Shown piece by piece: positions 25,801 to 38,100 of a stretch of DNA of 64,000 nt; within the stretch, counting starts at the first letter, position 1, and each line of letters opens with the position of its first letter. Below the pieces are notes generated by a model that was not told the origin of the DNA, did no database searches, and worked only from the letters and a program-made list of their open reading frames with translations. This DNA comes from Haliotis rufescens. Taxonomy: Eukaryota. The DNA lies in the NCBI RefSeq assembly GCF_023055435.1, contig NW_025964001.1, positions 44,516,001-44,580,000 of the forward strand. The letters run 5' to 3'. A program made the translations under genes and the position numbers.

Positions 25801-26040
25801 ACGGTAAAGTTTTACAGTGCACTTCACGCCCAGATATGGATGCATTCCGTCTACTTTAGTAAACCTATATGCATAAACAATTACTTTTGACAAATCAACT
25901 GTGCAAGATTAACAATGATTAATCAATCAACGCATAATCGGTTAATCCTTTGATCAATGTTTTTTTTATAACTCAACTGATCATTCCTCCTTTGCTGCCC
26001 TGTCACGTACATATTTCACAACATGTCACACATCAGACCT

Positions 26041-26148
26041 GGGTTCACCTGCACAAAGCGATCTTAGCGCTAAGACTATTGTAAGCCTATGTTAAAGTAT
26101 GGGAGTTACGATCATCTTAGCGCTAAGATCGCTTGTGCAAGTGGGCCC
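26041..26148. mobile_element. Short palindromic MITE
   Basis: About 34-bp imperfect TIRs (GGGTTCACCTGCACAAAGCGATCTTAGCGCTAAG / CTTAGCGCTAAGATCGCTTGTGCAAGTGGGCCC). Confidence 0.65.
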
Positions 26149-26999
26149 TTGATATATAACCCAATCTTAGGTTGAATCATTGCCCTGACACTTATTGCTA
26201 TATATCGTCGAAACCCTCAGAGGCAGGGGAGAACGTAATTTAAGTTATTTTGCATAGTTTCTGTCGGGTAATCTAAGTGGTTCTACCACTAATTATACTC
26301 GTAATAAAGTTATTAACTGATCATCAAGAACATGACGACAAAATATACTAGAGTAGGTTTAAACAGAGGCCATAAACCGGTACGTGGTCTCTGGTTTATA
26401 CCATGAAATATGGGTCACAAGAAGTGAGTGGTTATGGTTGTATTATTATATGCATTTTGCCTGATAAAATAAGGGTCGTTGCTGTTGAGCATATGAACTG
26501 AATTTCATTGTTGCAAAACTAATACGTAGACGTATATGCTGTATACTAAACTGCATAATTGTACATACACATTTTAACATGCAGACGGATTTTGCAAGGT
26601 GAAAGGTCATAGTAAGCACCATCAATCAAAAGCGAGAATTCAAAGGTATTCCTTTGTTGCCTGTGAACGAGGTCCCCCAACTGCCCCTTCCCTGACCCCA
26701 AGCTCAGTTTGTTGGGTTGCGGAGGCTAATTGGCATCCGGTGATGACGCAGGCTAATTTAAACGGCGCCGGCTAGACGGCTTACAGTTGGAGCATTGTTT
26801 CCCTTTAAGACAATACACCCCTCCCCCACCCCCTTCACACCCAACACGCAGAAAGAGGTACTCACTTACTGACATACATCGCTATAACGAAATACATTAA
26901 TGAATTTCCTCACTCCCCGGCATCAACTCCCCAAGCCCCAAACCACATCTGATGCCTACGAAATAATATAATAAACATCTTATGTATTGTAAATAAGTA

Positions 27000-27240
27000 C
27001 GCGGGTTAGAATTGGTCTTCAATAACCCATGCTTGCCGTAAGAGGCGACTATGCTTGTGGTAAGAGTCGACTAACAGGATCGGGTGGTCAGGCTCGCTGA
27101 CTTGGTTTTGATGCATGTCATCGTATCCCAATTGCGTGGATCGATGCTCATGATGTCAATCACTGGATTGTCTGGTCCAGACTCGATTATTTACAGACCG
27201 CCGTCATATAGCTGGAATATTGCTGACTGTGTCTATTAAA
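27000..27240 (+). mobile_element. SINE family 3
   Basis: Similarity to 7227-7503. Confidence 0.8.
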
Positions 27241-27380
27241 TATTTTTTACCCTGTTACTTGTACTCATTTTTGTTTTTTTATTTTTTTTTAATTATATTT
27301 ATTTGTACGCAAGTTGATATTCTCACGATCTTACCAAACTGCGAAAGACATGTTTTATTGACTGCACTGTATTTTTAAAT

Positions 27381-27482
27381 TCCCGGACGTCTGATGAAAC
27401 CTCCCGGACGTTTCCGGACGTCTGATGAAACCTCCCGGACGTTTCCGGACGCCCCCGGACGTTCCCGGGCGTCCCCGGACGT
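27381..27482. repeat. GC-rich CCGGACG-based short tandem array
   Basis: About eight CCGGACG(T) cores, including two copies of CCGGACGTCTGATGAAACCTCCCGGACGTTT. Confidence 0.85.
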
Positions 27483-27512
27483 TAAATAGTAGGACCCTAG
27501 AAATGTAAATGT

Positions 27513-27527
27513 CAGTTTCGGTTTCTT
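27513..27527 (-). promoter_or_regulatory. ISRE element, candidate promoter of IFI44L copy 2
   Basis: The plus strand reads CAGTTTCGGTTTCTT, matching the ISRE consensus AGTTTCNNTTTC. A minus-strand TG|GTAAGA donor lies at 27335/27334, and a second IRF/ETS-like site (GGAAGTGAACTTTCGG) at 27891-27906. Confidence 0.45.
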
Positions 27528-28904
27528 TTTTAACAAAGTGCAATTATATTTACATTGTATACGGCGGACATTGTTTGTTCCAAATAATATTTTTTACAAC
27601 GGTAAAAATACCTCGAAATAATTGTGCAGACAAACCTGATCTTCATTCTATCAGCTGACCGATGATCTAACAATAACATACCGCCCCATGTCACAGTAAG
27701 CTGTACCTGAACGTTATCGGTGGGTTGGTCAGAGTTCTGTATAAATAAACGTTACTGTGTGTAAATGAACATGCAATGAGGATAAGGTCGATTGACAAGC
27801 AATAACATACACACGTCTTGTGCCGAGAACAAGGAGGCCAATGGACTTCAAGAGGGCAATCCGCTGTGCTGATCTCCCTCTCGTGAACAAGGAAGTGAAC
27901 TTTCGGTCTGTTATAGGAAGGAAGCTAACTCTATGCAGCAAGTGGCAATTTGTGGAAAATCGTAAAGTGCACCCGTAATTACGATCGAATCGCGTGACAA
28001 TTACTCCACGCGTTTATTGTTGTCAATGTTATCAACGGAAGCTATACATGAAGGTGATACGGTACAAATCATTATTCCACTGTTGCAAGTGTTAGGGGAA
28101 AGGGTTTTGCCTCAAAATAATAATGAAAATTGAAATGAACTTGTAAAGGAATTATATATTTCATCTGGTTTTCAATGCTCGAACAACATGAGCTTTATAT
28201 TCATAATAGTATATGTATTGTTGTAATCCAGCTCACCATCAAAGCATTTAGTCGCCTAATACGAATGGCAATTTTCAGGGCCATCCATGTATATATTGTC
28301 ATATGTATATATTTCTCATCTCCAACCTCAAACGAGTGGTCGAAATAATGTAATTACTTTTTTTATATTTTTATTTTCACTATATGGTTAAAACACGTGA
28401 TAACAGTCTTTAAAATATGTGTTGCATAAATGCATGACGTAGAACGAGTCGCTTTGCTTCGGAAACGAAATTTTGATAACCATAACTGAAGGAAGATCAA
28501 GTACACCTGCTTTTTTATGAGTGTTTTTTAATCACATCTAAAGCGGCGTGGAAAATTGAAATACGAAAACATTTTATTTTTTCTCTTCGGAATAATCATG
28601 GTAGGGGTCTTGTGGTTTTAAATTCATTTCTTGGCTCAATCTCCAATGAACCAATATATTTTTATACAAAATTACTCAGCCACAACTTTACAAACTGTAG
28701 GAATGAGTGTGGGTTAAAGAGACATAATTAAATTCATCAATATTTCTTTCAATGTTCAATGACATAAACAACAAACTCGGTATGCTTTGTTTTGTACCTC
28801 GGTTTATACAATGTATAATCAATATAGTAGTAAAAACAACCATGAACATCATACATAGAGGTATATACGTCAGTTCAAGTCATTTAAGCGTAAAAGTGGG
28901 CGGC

Positions 28905-29060
28905 TGAGTAAGTATAATTTTACGCCGCTTTTAGCAATTCTAGCAAAGTCACGTCGAGAGACACCAGCAATGGGCTTCACCATCCATATGGGGAATCGAA
29001 CCCCGGCCTTTGGCATGACGAGCGAACGCTTTAACCAGTGGCCTTCCCCAACGCCCCACT
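28905..29060 (-). mobile_element. SINE family 1, diverged copy just 3' of the lipocalin A stop codon
   Basis: Similarity to 47537-47701. Confidence 0.7.
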
Positions 29061-29147
29061 CTTTGAGAAACAGATGTAAGAGCTAAGTATTGGAGTGAAT
29101 GAGTGAGTTTAATGTTAACGCTTTGCATTACTTCAGCCATGTCGTGA

Positions 29148-32100
29148 CTATTGGAAGACTAGAAGGGGCATCATCATGGCAATAACGGTAGTCATCAGTG
29201 GAGTGTTGACAACGTTCACGGACCCGTTGGCTGCAATTAAAAATATAATATTGAAAATTTATAATGCAAACAAAACAAAACATTACCACAACATGGTATA
29301 AAGACTTTATACATGATACGTATTAACTGCGTGTATTTATTTAATAAAGTGTACAAATACTATCAAGGCAAATAGAAAACTGAATGATTATACGGCTTCT
29401 TTTTCAATGGATTACTGTTGTTTTTCGTTTAAAGCCGCGCTCAACAATATTCCCTTGCCCCTTATACACGCAGCCCAGACAGCGAATGGGACTTCTCACA
29501 GAAGGCACTGCAAAGTCAAACCCACCCAGAACTTTTCGGAGAACTGGGTACTAGGGATGCAAGTGTGACAATTCGAAAGCGAGGTCCAAAACCTTTTCCG
29601 GAATCTTGTCAATGACATTTGTGTCTAAAGGGACAGAAAATTGGTTGATCAGGGGTTTTTTTCTAAGCCTAACAAACAAATCCAACAACTGCGAAAGTGC
29701 TTTTAGTTTTACTTATGAACATAATTTTCTCTGCTTTTCAATTCACTTCTCATATCGATAGTGAAGCTTTTCAACTCCAGCCAGGAAGAAAGAAGTTTTC
29801 TGTAGCCACCCTGAAAAAGCCTATTCACTGCAGCTTTGAGGTCATCGTTATCGTCATAGTGCTTTCCACGAAGCTGTTCTTTCAGTTTAGGAAACAGGGG
29901 GAAATCACTTGGTGCCAGGTCTGGCGAGTATGGAACCCATGCTGTTGCACAGCAGCCTTTGTAGGTCGAGAGGAGTGAGGCATTGTCATGCAAAAATAGA
30001 ACTCCAACAGTCAGCATTCCTCGCAGCTTTTCTTTGATGAACTCTCTCAGGCAATAAAGCTTATCAGCATAGTAGGGACCGGTAATCATCTTTTGACTTT
30101 TTCGGTATTCAACGAGGATCAAACCCTTTGCATCCCAGAATACAGTGGTCATTACTTGCTTCACTGTTCTTGTAGACTTTGGTGCCGGAGAAGTGGCATG
30201 GTGCCATTCACTGGATTGACGTTTTGACAGCGGCATCATGGTGGTAGGCATATATTTCATCACCCGTTACTAATCTCCTTTTCTATTTGACGAAATCCTC
30301 CACCCACAACTTTTCCTTAAGATTGTAATTTAAAAACTTTGGTACTCAACGAGCAGATATCTTATTCATCTGTAGATTTTCATGAATAATAGTTTCAGTG
30401 GGTCCATTCCTTAGACATGTGCATTCCTCAAGTTCAGCAATGGTAATACGTCTATCTGACAGTATACGTTTTCTATATCCTTGATTGATGTTAGTTGAGG
30501 GTCGTCCAGACCTAGGGTCATATCAAGGCCTGTTCGCTCGACCTTAAACATAGCTGCCCAACTTGTAACAGTGGAATAGCTGGGGAAAAACGTATCCCCT
30601 CTACACTTGTGACATGCGGTCATGGATTTCTTGGGGTGTACGTTTCTCTAAGATAAAAAAACTTCATGACTGCTCGGTAAACGTTCTTTGCTATTGCTGA
30701 GTCCATTTGGACCCCTATCGCGTTGAAGTGGCTGTCATTAATATACAAACGGCCTCAACAGACCGAATATACTTGCAATGCACTACTCAAACAGTGTACT
30801 ACATTGATTAGTTTACTGTGTTATGGCCCATAGTGGAAAGTTAGTCAGAGTTAGAACCTTTTGATCAGCCCTCGTATCGTTGGTGATACATTTTAACTTA
30901 TCATCTTCTGTTATGTGATTTCTTAAGCAACCTTGTGACTCAAAGACCTCATGGTCGGGTAATGTTCTTCTTCTGTTATGGATGGGGGAACAATGTCTGA
31001 ACCCCATGACAGGTAAATGCGCGTAATGCACATGTTGACATATATGACGATAATGATGAAGAACTGACAGATCAAAGACAACAGGTCACTATGTCATTAA
31101 GAAATGACTTCAATGTTTTTGCAGACTTTGCGTAAATCCCCAATAAACGATGTTTTATTGAAATCAATTCATATAAACAGGCCATAACGACAAATATTGC
31201 CACAAAAACTGTGAGAACAAAACGAAGTCGGTGACATCAGATTATTAGCCAATCAGGAAACAGTAGTCCGCAAGTGGGCGTGGCCTTTTCGACTTCTGGG
31301 GAACAAAAACGTACAATACATTGCTTGATTAACCAATCAGATGGCATAGAATCACTTGCAATTTATTTATTGATTAATATCCTATAACATGGGCGTACCT
31401 ACCTGGTTCACAGGCTGACTGTCCGAAGTACGGGGGACAGGCTGAAAAAGTGCACGTGTTTGAAGACAGTATGTACAGGAATAAGATATAACTAATTGCA
31501 TGTTAAGAATTATTCTCACTCATTTCATTTCACTCCGCAGTGAATAACACAAATTAATGTATCGTTTTCCCAAATATATTTTACCCCAAAAAATTAATGC
31601 GAACCTGAAATCCATAAAATATAATCAACAAAGGTAGTGACTTTAATATAATTGTACAATATAGTTAACGAGAACGTGTTATTAAATCGATTATATTTTT
31701 CTTGCTCTTTGACTGAGCCGGGGTCTTACTGACGGATATTATAACGCGCGCTGCAAGTGGAACCTGTATTCAGTGATTGCAAGTTGCTTATGTTACCATT
31801 TTTCTGTGACGTCAGAAGGAATGCTGCAGGGTTTATACACAACATCTGTAGGATGGTATTGGCTCGGGACTGTAGCCGTGGAGACAAGGTCTGGCGGCGG
31901 CTCCACACAGTGGATCTGGCAGATACACACTCGCTGTTGTTCATCTTCAAGCATCCGTACATGACAGCATAGCTGCTGTAATCTGTGTCAACGACCCAGT
32001 ATGGATACTGATCTGAAATGACAACATCAGCTCAATTGGTCACACAATATCCTTCGATAAGAATAAGGTGTAGGATTAAGGTACGGTTGGACAGGTTTCG

Positions 32101-35100
32101 CCTAGACATAATCGACATTCCTCGATCATAGTACACATTCTGCCACCTAGCGTCTTGACATAACAAGATTCCTAAAACGAAAAGACTATAGTGTTGATAT
32201 TGTTATAATATCTAGCTTAAGAGAGGCATCTGTTTAGATTTCATTTTGTCTGTTTAATGAAATAGATGAGGCTCCCCATACAGTATGTTGGTGGTTGTTC
32301 TAATACAATACTAAATACATACCATCACTGTTGCCTTTCACTTTGAGGGTAAACTTCCCCGGGGTTTCTGACTGTTCCATTATGGCCTCCCTGTAGAAAC
32401 AGCCTTGCTTGTTCCTTACAAAGAGAGCTATATCTATTGAATCTCGTCTTGGTGTATACAAGAGAATATTTCCTGAAGCTACGTAGTGTATTTATTCTGG
32501 TATTCAGGTTAGAAGTAACATTGCAGTAAGATTCAGGGCAACATCTCCAGTGGTACACGACTCATACCTTCCTCTGATGAAGGCGGACACTTGCCCGTCA
32601 CTTCCCACAACGTACTCGTGTTGATAGTCTTGGAAAAGTTCAGACGGTGGAATGTAGGACTGAGCCAACCATCTCATTTCATACCAGCTCCCAGAGTACT
32701 GTCAACAGTCAGCAGGGTCAGATGTATTGTCAGTACAATCACGAAAGAACAGCATTTTGAAATATATTGCATGGGAAAATAAAGATATGAACTATTTAAA
32801 CCCTGGTCGTCCTGCGTTTTCGTAGAAACGCATCTCTTAATTGATAAAATAAATTGGATAATGTGAATGTGATGTCAACTGTTATACATATTGTCATCAA
32901 ACACTACCACCAGCCTACTGATGTTCAGGGGTAGCTGAAAATGTGGCCTGACTATGTGGAACTGAGTGAATGGACTTGGTTGCTAATTATTTGCATAATT
33001 CTTCCCAGACAAATCTTTCTTCCCGCACTGCAAACACGAAAACGTCGTTTTTTTCCGTATATGGTCATTGGACGGAAAAACGACTAAAAATTCATTAAAA
33101 TTGATTAATTGGTCAGCGTCTAGAAAGTGTCCAGAAAAGGGTCGAGTTTTTCAAGCGTAAAATGGACGGAAAAACGATGCTTTTTACTCCGCCTTGTACA
33201 ACTGTTAACGGCCAATCAGCTTCCAATCGGAAGCTTTAGGTTTCGTATTTCTGGCATGCCTTGCTCTTGTATCTGTCGCGCGCAGTGCAGCGAGATTTGC
33301 TGATAAGCTAGTTTTAGGATATGTTACATGTTAATGGAATTCAGACACGCGCCAAGAAGTCAAACCAAACAATGTTACTAAGTTTATTGTGGTAACGGCT
33401 ATGTACAGTTACCCCTATCGGATAATGGGTTGTGTTTCATTTGGTTATAACAATAACTAATTTTTAAATGTGAAGTTTACAAGATATACGACTTGGACGA
33501 GAGGTCGGTCACATGACGTTCTTCACGTGACTGTATTCTTGAAAAGGCGTAAACACTGACTACTTCCACATTCCTTGGGAAAACCCTTGGAATTCCCTGG
33601 TACGAATTCATACAGAAGCGTGGTTGCAAGCCCATTTAAGGATACCCTCGCTGCAACCCATCCCAGAGAGAAAAAACACGAAAAAAAATCCAAACTGTCG
33701 CAGTGACAATTTACAGAAATCTATGAATTTACCTTAGTATCTATTTGACACATCTTCACAATCACCTTTCAATGATCGGCCAATTGATCAGTGATGCCAA
33801 AGGCTTGAAATAGCCACAGGTTAATTAACAACTTCGAAAATATCTCCCGTCACGTTTATCGTGTCGGCCATTTTGACGTATTGTACTTGATGTAAATGTA
33901 TTACGACGCTCTGTCATTGTAATTGACTTACTGAGGTAATTCTGTAAAAGATCTTCTCATCTAATGAGGATATTGTTTGGAATATATTTCTTGTAAACAT
34001 ACTAAAACATATGTTCCTCGCTTTGGGGGAACTATTTTATTCCGGGGTGGCCCGTTAAATCTAGTAGTAGGTCAAGGCACCATGCGTGATCTGTTATTTT
34101 ATGTGTTTAAATTACGATTTGGGGCGTTAATAAAATACACTGACGCAAGTATATTCTATTTAAATCAATTGGATAATTGAATATGCTTTCTTTTACATAT
34201 TACATAACATCACTGCACAAAATATGAACAGTTGCAGTAACACACTACGGTAATCGCATTAAACATCATTTTCAACTGTACAGTATTTCAGTTATATCAT
34301 GGTGTATCAGACTGATGTGGGATAAAAATCCGAAGTGGTTCAAGTCCTCCAATGGTGAGCGTATCCTGCCACACAAGTGGCACCCGTCACAAAACATGCA
34401 TGGACAAGTCAATTGTTCACCTGAACAAAGCACGGAAACACACAATGATGCCCGTCCTCAGTTTTACCGAGCATGTAAATTATTTTGTCCGTCAAAAACA
34501 TGGACGAGTATAAACAATATGTTCATTCACGTAATACATGTCATACATTTGACAAAATGTATTGACTCGGAGCACTTTTGTTAATCACAGCGTATGCAGT
34601 TGAACTCATCACCCATCCCATTATTGATAACCCTTCTTGAAGATCTATGAAATCAGAAGCTGCAACACTCTATCTTTTAACTGGCATGTCAGACTTCTAT
34701 TTCATTACTCAGTTTTATTTGCACGGATTACTATGGAAGGGACATTGTCCCGTTGTCGCATTGTCGCATTGACGCCTTTACAAAAACAAGCAAAACGTGT
34801 CAAAATTAACAAAAGCGCGACAATTGGCCATTTGTTGCATTGTCGCGTGTTCGCATTGTCGCTCTTTGATAATCCTTTTCTTTATTTTACAAAAGGGCGA
34901 CGATGCCATAACGCGACATTTTCAAGGTCAAAATATGTCTCGTTGTCGCATTGTCGCCCCAACACAAATGTGTATAAAAGGCGTAAAGTTCAGTTATTGT
35001 TACAGTTAGGAAGTTCAATCTGATAAATGTACGTCTTGAAATGAAAACACAAGTCCGTCCGCGAGTCCATAACGTTTTATTGTGAGCTCTTCTCTAAAAG

Positions 35101-38100
35101 TGCTTAGTGTTCAACTCCCAGTTCCAAACACGTAGTACCTCCTCAATAATCCACATACCTCCAGTGCAGTGGTCTTCCGGAAGATCTTACTCTCGACCGT
35201 ATTATACAACTGACGAGTGCACGCCTGACCTGTGACCTCGTTGCAACCCTCGTGATGTGTTTGCCGAAGGGAGAGGTGTAGGAAATGTGTGCTCCAGCCC
35301 AGCGCAGAGCTCGCGACACACTGTATACTGATTTATACTGTATACAGTATATTGCAGTTGATATACTGTATACTGCATGTGATACTTATTTGCGGACATG
35401 TTACGACTTTCAAGATTCAAGATTCAATTTGCATATATTTCATATACAACAGACCGCCGTCATATATCACTGGAATACTGCTGAGAGCGGCGTTAAAACA
35501 AATTGTTTTCATAATGGAGCGCTGCATTTAAAATAGAACCGTATACATATGTACATGTAGTACCAACTCACTCTATTTGTTTCGAATATTCAGCAGAAAA
35601 TATATTATTAACCAGGTCTTTGGGAAAAGATATCAGATTTTTATAAGCAGCCACATAGGGATGATAAAGGACCCCTCGCTGATTAGGTTCTTGTTTACTT
35701 AAGAGCAGAGTTGGCCATGTTAGATGATATAACCAAAATCCAGGCGCTCCGGAGGGGGGCAAGCTGGTCTTGTTAGTGTATGGTATGAGCTGTGACGTTG
35801 ACCCAAGAGAATAATGTAAAACATGAGACCAACTCAAGTCTATAATGATTGGGAAAGTCTAGATTTCCACAGCTCTAGCCTGAAATTAAGAATTGTTCTA
35901 TGCTCCATTTTAATTGTATTATTTTCATTTTGTAGACATGGATGGACCAATCAGGAAAGAAATTGATGGAATATTAATATTACATATTACCACTGATCCA
36001 GTTAAATTCATCACACAATAATAAATTAGTATTTGACATTACGGCATTTGGTTATTAGGGCATGATCATGTACATGTTCACTGTAGTAATGTACACACCA
36101 GTCAACTTGATTATAATTTTTATCAAAGTGTAGCGCGGCATCAACGATTACTTTATGATATCCTCACTTGTCATCGATGTATTGACATCGAACAATGGAC
36201 GGGAATTCGAAATTCTTATGGATAGCTTCAATAGGGACAGCGCCGGTGTCAGTACAAATTTCCTAGTTAAAATAAGTATCTACAAAATATAACCTGAAGC
36301 AGACAAGAACAATATTGTTTTATTAATGCTTAATTTCATGGATAGAATTAAGGCAATCTAGGCTTGCCAAATCGTTCTAGACTTGAGCTGGATTCCTTTT
36401 AAATTTATTCTGTATGGTCTGGGAGACGAACGGGCGTCAGTATCGCATGGAGAACTGGGACAGCCTTAATCAGTGTAATCGGATATGTTGTGGAGTTTCG
36501 GTTTTGGGCTGTTTGCTGAATATATAGAGTTGCGAGTTATGTATACTCTGTATTCTTTCGTCATGGTAGCATATATATTTTCTATGTTGCTTTTTGAATT
36601 ATCCACAAATAATGAGAACTACAATGTAAACCTCTCTCTGGAGATATGCAATAATACTACTGAAGGGCATATCTAAAAAATGGGACTTCTCGACAAATAT
36701 TTCTTTCTTAAATACTACCCGTTACAGGTATTCTGATCATTATATCATACTTTGTACAGTTTAAAAGTCAAATAATGGCAAATTGTGTATCTTTCTACAT
36801 TTTGAATTAATTATATTTTCTGAAATAAAACCTTAGCATCAGATAGTGATATACACGAATATGATCTATACTATTATAAATGAATTATCAATTTTGTATT
36901 ATGAATTAGATAAACAGAAATATGATAGTAAAACAAATTATTTTAATCTATTCTTGTGAGTAGGTAACGAGAGATCTAGGCAACGCACTAACGTAGCCAT
37001 TTATGAAAAATGAAATATTAAAAGTTTAGGGGTTTGAACATGCACATTGAATGACAGGGAAGAAAGCAACGCAATAATTAAATTATGAATCAAATTATGT
37101 TATAAATATAACAGAATATTTAGAAAATATAAGTTTAATTTCTCATTGTTGGAAGGTGTTTAATAATTATATAGATTTTGTTTGATTGTTTGTTGTTTAA
37201 CGCCGCACTCAGCAATATACCATATTTGGGATACGATGACATGCATCAACCAAGTCAGCGAGCCAAGTCGCCTTCGTAGAGGCATGGGTTGTTGAATGCC
37301 TATTCTAACCCGGATCTTCACGGGTATTTTTTTAAATAATAAGGTACAATGAAATTCTGTATATGTCCATAATAAGTGTGTATAAGTAGATGGATAATAT
37401 GTCCATACACGCCAAGTAAATGGTATATGCATTAATTTAAATGCAAATGATTCAATGATGAGTTCTTTCACAAGTCCATATTTCAAGGCATGTATTTGAT
37501 ATTCATAATAACTCCACAAAAGCTACACAATGGCAACAAAACGGTACCAGCATCACAGATACCAATAATACATGAGATACATATAATTACTTTAAAGTTA
37601 AAACATGTATCTAAATAGAAAATTAGAAGGATACACTTCCGACATTTTTCGTACTTTGTTTTCGTTTGGAGAGAGAAGTTGTGATTGGTATCTGATGGGT
37701 GCAAACAGGTGTTCCCTTCCGCCCAGGCCTTCCGGCAATGCTATAGCCCAAAATGAAACAAGCCTTGTTCAACAGGTTCAGACTCAAATTTCTATCCCAC
37801 TTGGGCTCCTTTTAAATTTAAATATAATTTCTCGTGTCGATATGTGTCAGAAGAAATGAAATATTACAGCACTGGTAAATAGGTTATATGCGCATGTCAG
37901 CGTCGATCCTATAATATCCTTTTATGCAAAATACATATATACTGATGAATTAAGGTAGTAATACTACGCAAATGTATGTCCAGATGCATACATCAGTATC
38001 ATCTCGTGATCTTAATTCGTGCTTTGAGCCCTTTTTCTACCGGAGATTCTGGGTTGTTACATCACACCAGAAAGCCAGGTCTAAATTCAAGTCATAATTT

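Larger units (their letters stand above)
16910..25819 (+). mobile_element. EnSpm/CACTA (CMC superfamily) DNA transposon, apparently autonomous, 8910 bp
   Basis: TIRs are CACTGTAAAACTTTGCCGT (16910-16928) and the reverse complement CACTGTAAAACTTTACCGT (25801-25819), 18/19 identical. TSD is CA (16908-16909 and 25820-25821). Subterminal TACCGTA/TACGGTA repeats and two intact genes are present. Confidence 0.92.

Noticed and set aside
27388-27432. CTGATGA..GAAA as a hammerhead ribozyme
   Set aside because: No stem II closes between the cores. The motif arises from the tandem repeat unit.
30872-31066. Hydrophobic frame FFIIIVIYVNMCITRIYL as the last exon of lipocalin A
   Set aside because: The phase does not match the preceding exon. 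Exon 29230-29148 fits the phase and mirrors the paralog's tail.
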